Shown: positions 38,663 to 48,420 of the stretch, in pieces
Layout: every line of letters begins with the position of its first letter
Position numbering within the stretch: the first letter of the stretch is position 1
Assembly (NCBI GenBank): GCA_037481835.1
Contig: JBBFKW010000002.1
Coordinates: 96,001 to 160,000 of the forward strand
DNA from: Desulfosoma sp.
GTDB lineage: Bacteria > Desulfobacterota > Syntrophobacteria > Syntrophobacterales > DSM-9756
Length of the DNA: 64,000 nucleotides
Reading direction: 5' to 3'
The notes under the pieces: model-generated
Told to the model about the DNA's origin: nothing
Database searches by the model: none
The model's input: only the letters and a program-made list of their open reading frames with translations
Program-made: the position numbers and the translations under genes

Positions 38663-39820
38663 ATGAACGAAGCGATGGGGGAGGAACCGCGTTCGGCCGA
38701 CATTCTGGAAGAGAACCGGCTGCTTCGCCAGGAACTGGAAAGGCTTGTTCACACGGCGGCCGCCAATGAAAAGATTTGGCGGCACATGGTGGAGATCGAA
38801 CGCGTGCTGTTCCGGACGCGGGAATTCGATCGGCTGGCGTCGGAACTCCTGAAGGAGATTCGGGCCCGGTTCGACGTGGACGGGGTCGCCCTGATCATCA
38901 CCCATCCGGACGTGGTGGATCGTTTCTTCCCCCAGTTGCTCAACGGCGGCGGATGCCGAAGCCTGCAAAGCGACGGCGGCACCTGCATCCTCGCCCTGAC
39001 GGATCCGCCGACCCGACGCGAACTCACGGAGAAGGTGGCCGAGCCCGTGTTGCTTCGTGGGGAGGAGGCTTTGAGGGCGCTCTTGGCCCAGATGCCCCCC
39101 CTTCCCGAGGGGTTTTGCCCCATCGGTTCAGCCGCCCTGGTCCCGCTCACCATTCATGAGCTTTCCTATGGTTTTTTGCTCCTTACCTGTTCCGATCCCG
39201 ATCATTACCGGCCCGGGGACGGCACGGAACTGCTGGCCCAAATGGGCGTCAAGATCGCCTTGTGCATGGACAACTGCCTGGCCTACGAACGCGTGAAGGA
39301 TTTGTCCGATCGCGACGCACCGACGGGGCTATTGAATTTTTTTCAAATCCACAACGTGCTGGAACGGGAATTCCGAAGGGCCCGGCGGCTCGGCACGCCC
39401 CTGTCGCTCCTTGCCGTCGATTTGGAGTTCGTGGACGAGGCGGCGGAACACGAGGACATGGTGGACCCGGTGTTGCGGCACGTGGGGGAACTCCTGCGCA
39501 CGACTTTTCCCGACGGCGACGGCTTCATCGGGCGCTACGGCAGCGTGGAATTCCTGGTGGTGTGCCCGTATGCGGATGAAAACGAAGCCCGGACCCTGGC
39601 GTCCAACCTGTACGACCTCATCCGCCGCTCCCCGCTGAGGCGTTCGAAAACGGTGATCCTTATTAAGCCGCGCATCGGGACTGGAACGCTGACTCCCGCC
39701 ATGGAAAAGGCTCACGAGCTTCTCGATGCGGCCCAAAGGGCTCTGTGCCTCCTCAAGACATCCCAAGCCCCGCACACAGGCTTATCGGTCCCTTCGTCGG
39801 ACACGGCCTCCCCCGCCTAG
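38663..39820 (+). CDS. Coiled-coil/GAF (DUF484-like) + degenerate GGDEF protein
   Basis: D..TGLLN, LSLLAVD, RYGSVEF in place of RYGGDEF. Confidence 0.8.
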   Translation: MNEAMGEEPRSADILEENRLLRQELERLVHTAAANEKIWRHMVEIERVLFRTREFDRLASELLKEIRARFDVDGVALIITHPDVVDRFFPQLLNGGGCRSLQSDGGTCILALTDPPTRRELTEKVAEPVLLRGEEALRALLAQMPPLPEGFCPIGSAALVPLTIHELSYGFLLLTCSDPDHYRPGDGTELLAQMGVKIALCMDNCLAYERVKDLSDRDAPTGLLNFFQIHNVLEREFRRARRLGTPLSLLAVDLEFVDEAAEHEDMVDPVLRHVGELLRTTFPDGDGFIGRYGSVEFLVVCPYADENEARTLASNLYDLIRRSPLRRSKTVILIKPRIGTGTLTPAMEKAHELLDAAQRALCLLKTSQAPHTGLSVPSSDTASPA

Positions 39821-39952
39821 AAAAACCAGCGGAGAAAAGGCCCCTCAGCCCCTTAAAGGCGTCGGGGAAAGGGGGGCGGGCGGCTCCACGGAACGCCGCC
39901 CCATCATCATAGGGCAGGGCGTGCGTCTTCTGGTCTGGGAGGTGCGCTGTGC

Positions 39953-40795
39953 TTAGAGTTCCGGGAGCATGGCGCGCAGGGCCGTTCCTGAAAAGACGGG
40001 GCCGTCCACGCACACGTACGTCCCGCCGATGTTACACCGACCGCACAGCCCAATGCCGCACTTCATGCGGCGTTCCAGGGTGGTGTAGATCTGATCGTCG
40101 TCGTATCCCAGTTGTTTCAATCCTGCCAGGACGAATTTGATCATGATGGGCGGACCGCAGGTGACGGCCACACGGTTGTAGGGACTGGGAGCTTCTTCGG
40201 CGAGCACCGTGGGGACGAAGCCGACCCGTTCCCGCCAGCCGGGGGAGTCGGCATCCACGGTGAGGATGAGATTGACGCCGGCGGCGCGCCAGGCATCGAA
40301 TTCGTACCGATAACACAAGTCCTGGGGAGATCGTGCGCCGTAGATGACCGTGATGTCTCCGAAGTCGGCCCGATTGTCGATCATGGTGAGCAGCAGGGTG
40401 CGCAGCGGCGCCATGCCGATGCCGCCTCCCACAAAGAGCACGTCCCGGCCTTTCATGGAGGCGTAGGGGAAGCTGTTTCCCAGGGGAGCGCGTACGCCGA
40501 CGGTGTCGCCGATGTTCAGTTGGTGCAGGGCGCGGGTGACTTCTCCCGTTCGCATGACGCTGAACTGAAGCGTCTCTCTGCGGGTCGGGGGAGAATTGAT
40601 GACGAAAGTGGATTCCCCGACGCCGAAGACGGACAGCTGGCCCACCTGCCCCGGCTGGAAGGAAAAGGCGGCCATGGCGGCAGGATCGTCCAAAACGATG
40701 CGGAACGTTCGAATCGCCGGCGTTTCCTCGATGATCTCGCGAATGGTCGCTTTATGGGGGAGATAGGGATTCGCCTTGAGAAGGGCTCTAGACAT
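39953..40795 (-). CDS. flxA: FAD/NAD-binding [2Fe-2S] subunit FlxA
   Basis: PGQ, GGGIGMAPLR, CGPPIM, ERRMKCGIGLCGRC..VCVDGPVF. Confidence 0.88.
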   Translation of the reverse strand: MSRALLKANPYLPHKATIREIIEETPAIRTFRIVLDDPAAMAAFSFQPGQVGQLSVFGVGESTFVINSPPTRRETLQFSVMRTGEVTRALHQLNIGDTVGVRAPLGNSFPYASMKGRDVLFVGGGIGMAPLRTLLLTMIDNRADFGDITVIYGARSPQDLCYRYEFDAWRAAGVNLILTVDADSPGWRERVGFVPTVLAEEAPSPYNRVAVTCGPPIMIKFVLAGLKQLGYDDDQIYTTLERRMKCGIGLCGRCNIGGTYVCVDGPVFSGTALRAMLPEL

Positions 40796-41849
40796 GGGCG
40801 TCCTCCGTCTGGGACAGGGCACGGACGATGGCGCGGATGTCCATGGAAACCGGGCAGGACCGGATGCAGCGGCCGCATCCGCAGCAGGCGATTCGGCCGT
40901 GTTTTTCAGGAAAATAGGAAAACTTGTGCCCGACGCGGTTGCGATACCGTTCGGCCTTGGATGGCCGGGGGTTGTGCCCGCTGGCTTCCTGGGTGAAATG
41001 ATGGAACATGCAGGCGTCCCACGAACGGAGCCGTTCCCCGTGGATGCCGTCGGATTCGTCCGTGATGGTGAAGCAGTAGCACGTAGGGCACACAAAAGTG
41101 CACAGGCCGCAACTCAGGCATCGTTCGGTCCAGAGCCTCCAGAAGGCGGCGTCGGAAAAGCGTTTCCGAAAATCGTCACTAGGGGATACCAGAGCCGCGT
41201 CTTCCAACCTTTGTGCGCGCCCCTGTTCCAATGCAGCCTGAGCCTCTTGGTGCTGGGCGAGGGTCGGCTGAACGCCCACGCCCTCCAAAAACCTTTCGCC
41301 TTTAGCGGTTACGGCCCGGAAGATGTGTCCCTCGGTTACGGGGATCATCTGGACGTCGCTTCCTTCTTCATCCGCCGGGTGACTTCCCACGGCGTGACAA
41401 AAACAGGCCGCATCCCACGTTCGGCACACCCTGGAGACCACGACCGCGCGTTCCCGACGCTCCCGATAGTAGGGGTCTGCGTAAGGGCCCTGAAGGAAGG
41501 CTTCGTCGAAGACGAGAAACCCGCGGGCATCACACGGCGGGCAGCCGAAAAGAACGGCGCAATCGACCGGGAGCACGTCTTCAAAAGACAGTCGATAGCC
41601 CGATGGGGCCGAAGGGTCCTTGTCTTTTTGAAACCGCAGGAGCACTTCCCCTTGGGGATAGAGAACCCCCTTGGCTGAAAGGGACGGCAGACGCCGAAAA
41701 TCGGGCCGGGATCCCGGCGTGAAGGGCTTATATGAGACAACCTGGGGGTGAGCGGGATCCGGGTCGGGGACCCAAACCGTGGCCTTTTCTGCCAGTCGGG
41801 CAAGCCAGCTGAGCAGATCCTCATGGGAAAGAAAGCAGGTCCTTTTCAT
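40788..41849 (-). CDS. flxB: 4Fe-4S dicluster subunit FlxB
   Basis: PCD, CFC, CLSCGLCTFVCPTCYCF, R.WDAC, CCGCGRCIRSCP. Confidence 0.85.
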   Translation of the reverse strand: MKRTCFLSHEDLLSWLARLAEKATVWVPDPDPAHPQVVSYKPFTPGSRPDFRRLPSLSAKGVLYPQGEVLLRFQKDKDPSAPSGYRLSFEDVLPVDCAVLFGCPPCDARGFLVFDEAFLQGPYADPYYRERRERAVVVSRVCRTWDAACFCHAVGSHPADEEGSDVQMIPVTEGHIFRAVTAKGERFLEGVGVQPTLAQHQEAQAALEQGRAQRLEDAALVSPSDDFRKRFSDAAFWRLWTERCLSCGLCTFVCPTCYCFTITDESDGIHGERLRSWDACMFHHFTQEASGHNPRPSKAERYRNRVGHKFSYFPEKHGRIACCGCGRCIRSCPVSMDIRAIVRALSQTEDAHV

Positions 41850-41886
41850 AAAGCTCCTTGAGGGCATCCATGGCGGAATGGGAGTC

Positions 41887-42840
41887 TCAAAGACCGCTCA
41901 CCGAAGGATCGTAGGTGAGCAAAGGCGGCGGAACCAACGTGTCGAGCCCCGCTTCGTAGTGCCAGAGGTCAAAAGCGATTTCCGCCGTTTTTTCCTTCAA
42001 AAGCCCGATGGGGATTTTCATGGGGCAGACCCTTTCGCACTCGCCGCATTCCGTGCATCGACCCGCAAGATGCAAGGTATGGATCATGTGAAAGAGCACC
42101 TTGTCCCGAAGGCTGTCCCTCTGGCTGACCCACTTGGGAGAACGCGTTTCGGCGAGGCACCGGTCTTGGCACACACACAGAGGGCAGGCGTTTCGGCAGG
42201 CATAGCAACGCAGGCAGCGCCCCAGCTCCCTTTCCCAGAAGGCTCTGCGGGCTTCCAAAGGCTGGGCGTCCAACTCCCGCACGTGGGCGAAGGGGTCTTG
42301 AGGCGCGGGCCGGTCCACAGGATCGCCCACCAAGACGTCGGAGAGCACGGGGTTGGGATGCCGGCAACGCCGGCAACGGCGCGCCACGACACGCTCCAAG
42401 GGGATCCGTTCCGTTCCGTCGTCGGAGACGATTTCCACAATGTCCCGAGTGAAACGCACATGGGTCACCGGGGCGGAACTGGTGCGGGCGGCGTTCAAGG
42501 CGTCCGGATCCACCGTCCCGGAACAGGGAAGTCCCACAATGAGGAGTCGATCCCGAGAGACCAGGCCTTCCTGGATGAGGGCGACCAGTGAGCGGCTATC
42601 GCAGCCTTTGACGCAGACGGCGGTTTTTTTAGGCCCTTCGGCGGTCTTTTCCCATGTCTTGGCCAGGTACCCGGAAAGATTGGGCGCACACAGGGGATTC
42701 CACAGGAGCTTGGTGAGGTCTTCCCGGCGCCGGATGAAGGCCGGCACGGCACGAAACGGGTCATAGCCCGCCTCCCAGCCCAAAACGACCTCCACCTCGT
42801 CCCACAGGGATTCCAACACGGTTGTCAAACTGTCCGCCAT
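41887..42840 (-). CDS. flxC: 4Fe-4S subunit FlxC
   Basis: KGCD.RS, CLRCYACRNACPLCVC, HLAGRCTECGECERVCP. Confidence 0.82.
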   Translation of the reverse strand: MADSLTTVLESLWDEVEVVLGWEAGYDPFRAVPAFIRRREDLTKLLWNPLCAPNLSGYLAKTWEKTAEGPKKTAVCVKGCDSRSLVALIQEGLVSRDRLLIVGLPCSGTVDPDALNAARTSSAPVTHVRFTRDIVEIVSDDGTERIPLERVVARRCRRCRHPNPVLSDVLVGDPVDRPAPQDPFAHVRELDAQPLEARRAFWERELGRCLRCYACRNACPLCVCQDRCLAETRSPKWVSQRDSLRDKVLFHMIHTLHLAGRCTECGECERVCPMKIPIGLLKEKTAEIAFDLWHYEAGLDTLVPPPLLTYDPSVSGL

Positions 42841-42869
42841 ATGCTCGATGCGTCCTTTGTCATGGTGTC

Positions 42870-42899
42870 AAAAAAATCCGGCGGCCGGGCTCGCCGGAT
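42870..42899 (-). terminator. Intrinsic terminator-like hairpin between flxD and flxC
   Basis: Minus strand ATCCGGCG-8nt-CGCCGGAT followed by a run of T. Confidence 0.6.
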
Positions 42900-42995
42900 A
42901 TCATGGACAATGCCGGGTTTTCGCACTGTCGTTCGCCCCGAAAAACCGGGCCGCCGTTGTGCGCCTTGGGTGTTGCGCGTTGGAGCTCGCCGCCT

Positions 42996-43451
42996 TCATC
43001 CCGACAAAAATTGCCGCGAGTGTGATGCCGGGGCCGACGAGCCAATGCCCGGATTGGGGCCCAGCTCTTCGATGAGGGCCGAAAACTCGGTCACCACCTG
43101 CTGCCATCGTTGCCCTTCGGAAGCCGACACCCAGGTGTAGCGGAATCGGCGCGGATCCATACCGATGAACGAAAGGAAGCGTCCCACCGTCTCCAGTCGG
43201 CGCCGCGCGTAAAAGTTTCCCACACCGTAGTGGCAATCCTTGGGATGGCAGCCGGAAACCAAGACTCCGTCCGCGCCTTGGACGAGGGCTTTGACGACGA
43301 ACATGGGGTCCATTCGCCCCGTGCAGGGAATGCGGATGATCCGAAGAAGCGCCGGCTGGCGGAACCGGCACACGCCGGCGGTGTCCGCCCCGCCGTAAGA
43401 GCACCAATTGCACAAGAAGCCGAGAATTCGAAGGGAGGACCGATCCGTCAC
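42996..43451 (-). CDS. flxD: MvhD/FlxD [2Fe-2S] subunit
   Basis: FLCNWCSYGGAD, PCTGR, GADGV..SGCH..DCHY, WVSASEG. Confidence 0.9.
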   Translation of the reverse strand: MTDRSSLRILGFLCNWCSYGGADTAGVCRFRQPALLRIIRIPCTGRMDPMFVVKALVQGADGVLVSGCHPKDCHYGVGNFYARRRLETVGRFLSFIGMDPRRFRYTWVSASEGQRWQQVVTEFSALIEELGPNPGIGSSAPASHSRQFLSG

Positions 43452-43498
43452 CTGTCACCTCGTGATTTCGCTTCCGTCGGAAAAGGGCCGAAACGCCG

Positions 43499-45457
43499 CT
43501 AGGCGCACAGCGTTTCCAATTGGGCCAGAATCTGATCGTCCGTAAAGTGGTTGAGCTGCACGGCCTTGGGCGGGCATGTGGCGTTGCACAGGCCGCAGCC
43601 TTGGCAGACCGTTTCCAAAACCTGGGCCTTTTTCGTCCCGTCGCGGAGCGTCTTCCATTGGATGGCCCCGAAGGGACAGACGCTCAGGCACTTGCCGCAC
43701 CCGATGCAAACCTTTTCCATCACGTGGGCCGTCTGCGGGTCGGTGGCAATGCTGTCTCGGGCGAAAAGGGCCAGGACTTTGGCCGCCGCCGCACTGCCTT
43801 GGGCCACGGACGCGGGGATGTCCTTCGGGCCCTGGCAGGCCCCGGCCAGATAAATCCCCGCCGTGTTGGTTTCCACGGGTTTCAGCTTGGGGTGGCCTTC
43901 CATGAAAAAACCGTTTGTGTCTGCGGAAATATGAAGCTTTTCCGCCAATTCCCGGGCTCCTCGGGACGGTTCCACCCCGGTGGCGAGAACCACGAGATCG
44001 GCATCCACTTCCACCCGAGCTCCCAGGAGGGTATCGGCCCCCTGGACGACCAGCCGCTCGCCCTTGGGGTAGATCTTGCCCACCCGTCCCCGAATGTACT
44101 GAACCCCGTATTCTTCAACAGCCCGGCGCACGAACTCGTCGTAATTCTTTCCCGGCGCTCTGATGTCCATGTAGAAAACGTAGCAGCGCGCCTCGGGCAG
44201 ATGGTCCCGGGCCAGGATGGCCTGCTTGGCGATGACCATGCAACAGACTCCCGAGCAATAGGGGCGGTTTACCGATTTGTCCCGGGATCCCACACAGGCG
44301 ACGAAGACGATGTCTCGGGGTTCCCGCCCGTCTGAGGGCCGCCGGATATGGCCGCCGTAAGGCCCCGAGGCGCTCAGGATGCGTTCGAACTGCATCGCCG
44401 TGATCACGTCCGGGTATCTGCCCGCACCGTATTCCCCATAGGCTGCGGGATCGAAAAGATCGTAGCCCGTGGCCACGATGATGGCGCCCACGTGTTCCAC
44501 AACCTGCCGGTCCTCCATGTCGAAGCGAACGGCCCCCACGGGACAGATCTTTTGGCACACTCGGCATTTCCCCGTGCTGAAATACCTGCAGGCACTTCTA
44601 TCGATGTGAGCCTTTTTGGGAATGGCTTGGGGAAAGGGAATGCGGATAGCCGGGGCCGCTCCCAAGCCTTCGTTGAACCCGTCGGGGTTCTTCTTGGACG
44701 GGCATTTTTCCATGCACAGGCCGCATCCCGTGCAGGCGTCCCAATCCACGTAGACGGCCTTCTTGCGCAAGGTGACCGTAAAATTGCCGATGGTGCCGCT
44801 CAGGGACTCCACTTCTGTGGCGGCGTGAAGCGTGATGTTTTCCTTTTGCGCCACGTCCACCATCTTGGGGCCGAGAATGCAGGACGAACAGTCGATGGTC
44901 GGAAAGGTCTTGTCCAGCTTGGCCATCTTGCCGCCGATGGTGGGTTCCCTTTCCACAAGCACCACGTCCAGGCCGGCGTCAGCGCAATCCAGGGCGGCTT
45001 GGATGCCCGCCACCCCGCCGCCGATGACCATGACGCGTTTGGTGAGGGGCACTTGGGAGCCGAAAAGCGGCTCGTTCCGGCGCACCTTGGCCACGGCCAT
45101 GCGCACCAGTTCAAGGGCTTTTTCGGTGTTGGCGGCCTTGTCCTGGCCGATCCATGAAACGTGCTCCCGGATGTTGGCCATTTCCAGGAGGTACCGGTTG
45201 AGCCCCGCCTTTTCCACGGCGCGACGGAAGGTGAGCTCGTGCATGCGCGGGGAGCAGGCGGCGACTACCACGCCCTGGAGCCGATGGGTGAGGACGGCGT
45301 TTTGGATTTCCTGCTGGCCCGGTTCGGAACACGTGTACAGGAGTTCCGTGGCATAGACCACGTCCGGGGATGCCAGAGCCCCGGCCGCCACCGCTTGGGT
45401 ATCCACGGTGCCGGCGATGTTCGTTCCGCAGCGGCAGACAAAGACACCGATCCGCAT
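43499..45457 (-). CDS. hdrA: Heterodisulfide reductase subunit A (electron-bifurcating flavoprotein)
   Basis: CRCGTNI, AACSP, GGGVAG, LDKTFPT.DC..C, CVGSRD, YCS.VCC, GACQGPKDI, ferredoxin motifs. Confidence 0.96.
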   Translation of the reverse strand: MRIGVFVCRCGTNIAGTVDTQAVAAGALASPDVVYATELLYTCSEPGQQEIQNAVLTHRLQGVVVAACSPRMHELTFRRAVEKAGLNRYLLEMANIREHVSWIGQDKAANTEKALELVRMAVAKVRRNEPLFGSQVPLTKRVMVIGGGVAGIQAALDCADAGLDVVLVEREPTIGGKMAKLDKTFPTIDCSSCILGPKMVDVAQKENITLHAATEVESLSGTIGNFTVTLRKKAVYVDWDACTGCGLCMEKCPSKKNPDGFNEGLGAAPAIRIPFPQAIPKKAHIDRSACRYFSTGKCRVCQKICPVGAVRFDMEDRQVVEHVGAIIVATGYDLFDPAAYGEYGAGRYPDVITAMQFERILSASGPYGGHIRRPSDGREPRDIVFVACVGSRDKSVNRPYCSGVCCMVIAKQAILARDHLPEARCYVFYMDIRAPGKNYDEFVRRAVEEYGVQYIRGRVGKIYPKGERLVVQGADTLLGARVEVDADLVVLATGVEPSRGARELAEKLHISADTNGFFMEGHPKLKPVETNTAGIYLAGACQGPKDIPASVAQGSAAAAKVLALFARDSIATDPQTAHVMEKVCIGCGKCLSVCPFGAIQWKTLRDGTKKAQVLETVCQGCGLCNATCPPKAVQLNHFTDDQILAQLETLCA

Positions 45458-45478
45458 GAGCGTTCCCTCAATTCATCT

Positions 45479-46369
45479 TCACGATTCCGAAGGCTCCGGG
45501 GGCTCCCGGGCCGGCAAGAGGCCGTCTCCAGGCACGATGAGTTTTTCCAATCCCAGGTCTTTTTGCGGCAGTCCCAGGGCCCAGCCGATGACCTGGGTGA
45601 GGTAAAAAACGGGGATGCCGAAACGGGTTCCCATGGCCTTTTCCGCCTGAGCCTGCCTCAGGTCCAGGTTCTGCTGGCACAAAGGACAGGCGACGACGAT
45701 GGCTCGAGCCCCCGAGCGCTGGGCCATATCCAGAATGCGACCCGAGAGGCGGGAGACGATGTCGCTTCGCGTGATGCCCGAGGTCGCCCCGCAGCATTCG
45801 GTTTTGAAAGGAAAGTCCGGAACGGTGCAGCCGACGGCTTCCAAAAGGCGGTCCATGGAAACCGGGTTTTCGGGATCATCGAACCGCGCGACGGCCTGGG
45901 GGCGGGTGAGCAAACATCCGTAGTAGGGCACCACCGGCAGGCCGTCGAACCCCCGGCGCACGGCTCGGGACAGTGCCTCGGGGCCGACCTTTTCGTAGAG
46001 AAGCTGCAGCACGGATACGGCATGCACTTGTTCGGACAGGGGGCGGCCCAAAGCCTGAGCCAAGGCCTCAGGGTGGGAATCGCGGATTTTGATGGCCCCC
46101 TTGAGCGCCTTGAGGCACCCGGGACACGGCGTCATGACGGTGTTCAAATGGTTCTCTTGGGCTAGAAGGAGATTGCGCCCGGCAAGGGCAGCGGAAAGCA
46201 TGGGCTCATGGAGGGAGGCCGGGGAGGAGCCGCAGCAGTTCCAATCGTTCAGTTCCACCAGGGTGAGGCCGAGCGCCCGGCACACGGCTCGGGTGGACAC
46301 ATCGTATTCCACCGCCAGGCCTTCCAAAGAACATCCGGGATAATAGGCAACGCAGTCGCTCATGGGCAT
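45479..46369 (-). CDS. hdrB: Heterodisulfide reductase subunit B
   Basis: Two CCG domains: YYPGC, WNCCG, CPGC; YYGC, ECCG, ACPLC. Confidence 0.95.
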   Translation of the reverse strand: MPMSDCVAYYPGCSLEGLAVEYDVSTRAVCRALGLTLVELNDWNCCGSSPASLHEPMLSAALAGRNLLLAQENHLNTVMTPCPGCLKALKGAIKIRDSHPEALAQALGRPLSEQVHAVSVLQLLYEKVGPEALSRAVRRGFDGLPVVPYYGCLLTRPQAVARFDDPENPVSMDRLLEAVGCTVPDFPFKTECCGATSGITRSDIVSRLSGRILDMAQRSGARAIVVACPLCQQNLDLRQAQAEKAMGTRFGIPVFYLTQVIGWALGLPQKDLGLEKLIVPGDGLLPAREPPEPSES

Positions 46370-46395
46370 GAGGCACCTGTGACCATAACGGAGCG

Positions 46396-46962
46396 TTAGA
46401 GAGCGCTGGAAAAACGTTTCACCAGAGCGGCCACTTCCCGACGGCCTCCGATGCGATGGGGCACGAAGCTCAGCTTGCCTTTTTTCAAGAGTTCGGGAGC
46501 CAACTCCATGTCGCTCAGGACGGTTCCCGACCGGAGCTTGTAGGCGGCAAGCAGGCCGGCTTCGAAAACGCGCCCGAAAAGGGATACCGACCGGAGAAAT
46601 TCATCGGCGAAACGCCGCAGGTTCTTGTCGGCGACATACCCGTTTTCCAAGGCAAGGACCCGAAGGGTGCCCATGACCCGGGCAACGTCGATGGTGCACG
46701 GGCATCGCACCGTGCAGGCCTGGCACTGGCCGCACAACCAGATGGCCCGACTGCCGAGCACGGTTTCCTTGCGGCCCAACTGGATCAGGCGCATGATCTG
46801 GTTGACGGGAAAGTCGTAATCGTCCGTAAAGGCGCAGCTCGCCGTGCAGTTGCCGCATTGGTAACACTGGGAGACCTTTTGATGGCTTTGTTGTTCCACG
46901 CGGCGCACAAAGGCGCAGTCATGGTGCTCCTGAATCCTCAGAACGTTCTGCCCGTTTTTCAT
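46396..46962 (-). CDS. hdrC: Heterodisulfide reductase subunit C
   Basis: CYQCGNCTASC and WLCGQCQACTVRCP. Confidence 0.92.
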   Translation of the reverse strand: MKNGQNVLRIQEHHDCAFVRRVEQQSHQKVSQCYQCGNCTASCAFTDDYDFPVNQIMRLIQLGRKETVLGSRAIWLCGQCQACTVRCPCTIDVARVMGTLRVLALENGYVADKNLRRFADEFLRSVSLFGRVFEAGLLAAYKLRSGTVLSDMELAPELLKKGKLSFVPHRIGGRREVAALVKRFSSAL

Positions 46963-46975
46963 GACCGTCTCGTCC

Positions 46976-48025
46976 CTAGCGGCTGCTTCCTTCGTAACCG
47001 AAATCGATGAGCAGTTGCTGGTATTCGTATTTGACGCGCTGGTACATGCGAGCGTTTTCAATGGCCATGGCGCACTGTTGGGCGACGGCGGCCGCAAACT
47101 GGATTTCCAAGTCGTGGAACGGGGGACGTTCCCCGGTGAGGATCCGCAGCACGCCGATGACCTTGCCGCGCACCTGCAAGGGAATGGAAAGGATCTTGCG
47201 GATGCCTTCCTCGATGACTTCCGCACGGTATTGGATCCGCGGGTCCGTGTACACGTCCTCGATGACGACGATCCGGCCGGCCATGTTTTCGGCGATGCTT
47301 TTCGCCGCATCCACTGGACCTTTCTTGAGGAACCGCTCGCTCAAGCCGTAGGCCTGGGCCAGGTAGAGCGTGTTGGACTTGGGATCCAGGAGGCGGACGG
47401 TCGTGCCGAGAACCCCCATGACCTGCGTGATTTTGGTGACCACCAGTTCCAGCACCTTGTTGATGTTCAGCGTCGAATTGATGGCCTGGGTGATGTCCTG
47501 GAAGCTGCTCAGATAACGCCGCTCCCTTTCGACGAGGGATTCCAGCTTGCGTTCCCATGCCAGGGCCACGATCCCGCGGCCCGCCAAGGCTTCGGCAAAC
47601 TGGATTTCTTCCTTTGTGAAGGTTCTGGGTTCGGCCGAAAACAAAACGAGCATCCCCGCAGGGTGCTGCTCCACCTCGAGGGGAATGACGGCGGCGGCGC
47701 GGATGCCTTCGAGGAGCATGGCTTCCCAATCCCCGTCGCCGTTTTGGGCGCGCAGATCCTCGATCTGGATCACCTCCTGCGGAACCGCCGCACACGGGCT
47801 TCCCTGACGGGGTTTGGAAAAAAGAAAATGTTCGCTCAAGCCCCAACCGGCCACCAGTTCCAGCCGGGATCGGGTCGGGTCATAAGCCTTGATGACCGCC
47901 CCCTTGAGGCCGAGGGATTGGGTGAGGCGCCGCACGATGAGGTTCATGACGTCGGCGGCTTCCACGCCGTCGCACAGAGCGCGGCTCACTTCCGCAAAAG
48001 GTTTGAGAATGCTGGAAACATCCAT
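46976..48025 (-). CDS. Tandem GAF-GAF protein without output domain
   Basis: Two GAF repeats (GWGLSEHFL / AYGLSERFL; EGIR....IPL); ends in a short helix 13 bp before hdrC. Confidence 0.85.
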   Translation of the reverse strand: MDVSSILKPFAEVSRALCDGVEAADVMNLIVRRLTQSLGLKGAVIKAYDPTRSRLELVAGWGLSEHFLFSKPRQGSPCAAVPQEVIQIEDLRAQNGDGDWEAMLLEGIRAAAVIPLEVEQHPAGMLVLFSAEPRTFTKEEIQFAEALAGRGIVALAWERKLESLVERERRYLSSFQDITQAINSTLNINKVLELVVTKITQVMGVLGTTVRLLDPKSNTLYLAQAYGLSERFLKKGPVDAAKSIAENMAGRIVVIEDVYTDPRIQYRAEVIEEGIRKILSIPLQVRGKVIGVLRILTGERPPFHDLEIQFAAAVAQQCAMAIENARMYQRVKYEYQQLLIDFGYEGSSR

Positions 48026-48112
48026 ACCGGCTTTCCTTTGCGTGTCGGCATCGACTCTATGGCATCCCCCGTGGGGGGAAGAAAAAGCCCCTCGACAGCC
48101 GGCGAGAGGCCC

Positions 48113-48174
48113 ATGAATGAATGACCATTCATAACAGGAGCGCTAATTTAGGCAAAGACGCTCGGCCCTGTCAA
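48113..48174 (-). promoter_or_regulatory. Promoter of the GAF-hdr-flx operon with TetR-type palindromic operator
   Basis: Minus strand TTGACA (48169-48174) -N18- TAAATT (48145-48150); palindrome ATGAATG-N6-CATTCAT at 48113-48132. Confidence 0.65.
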
Positions 48175-48342
48175 TCCCCATGGTCATGATCCCCCAAGAC
48201 TGGAGGGGCGGCCCGTTTTCGGCTGTGGGCCCGGTGAGCCCCCATGGGTAAAAAGGGCCGTGGCGAGGGGATGCGTTGCGGGGAAAAGCCTTGACCTTTT
48301 TGGGAACCTTCGGATTTGATGAGATGGCTCGTGAGGGGATCC

Positions 48343-48420
48343 TGGTCGGGACGGGCGGATTTGAACCGCCGACCCCCTGCTCCCAAGGCAGGTGCGCTGA
48401 CCAGTCTGCGCTACGCCCCG
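48343..48420 (-). tRNA. tRNA-Pro(TGG)
   Basis: Cloverleaf CGGGGCG.../...CGTCCCGACCA; anticodon arm CCTGC-CTTGGGA-GCAGG; GTTCAAATC T-loop. Confidence 0.97.

Noticed and set aside
42996..45457. Possible selenocysteine in HdrA or MvhD/FlxD
   Set aside because: Both frames are uninterrupted and have Cys at the positions where Sec can occur.
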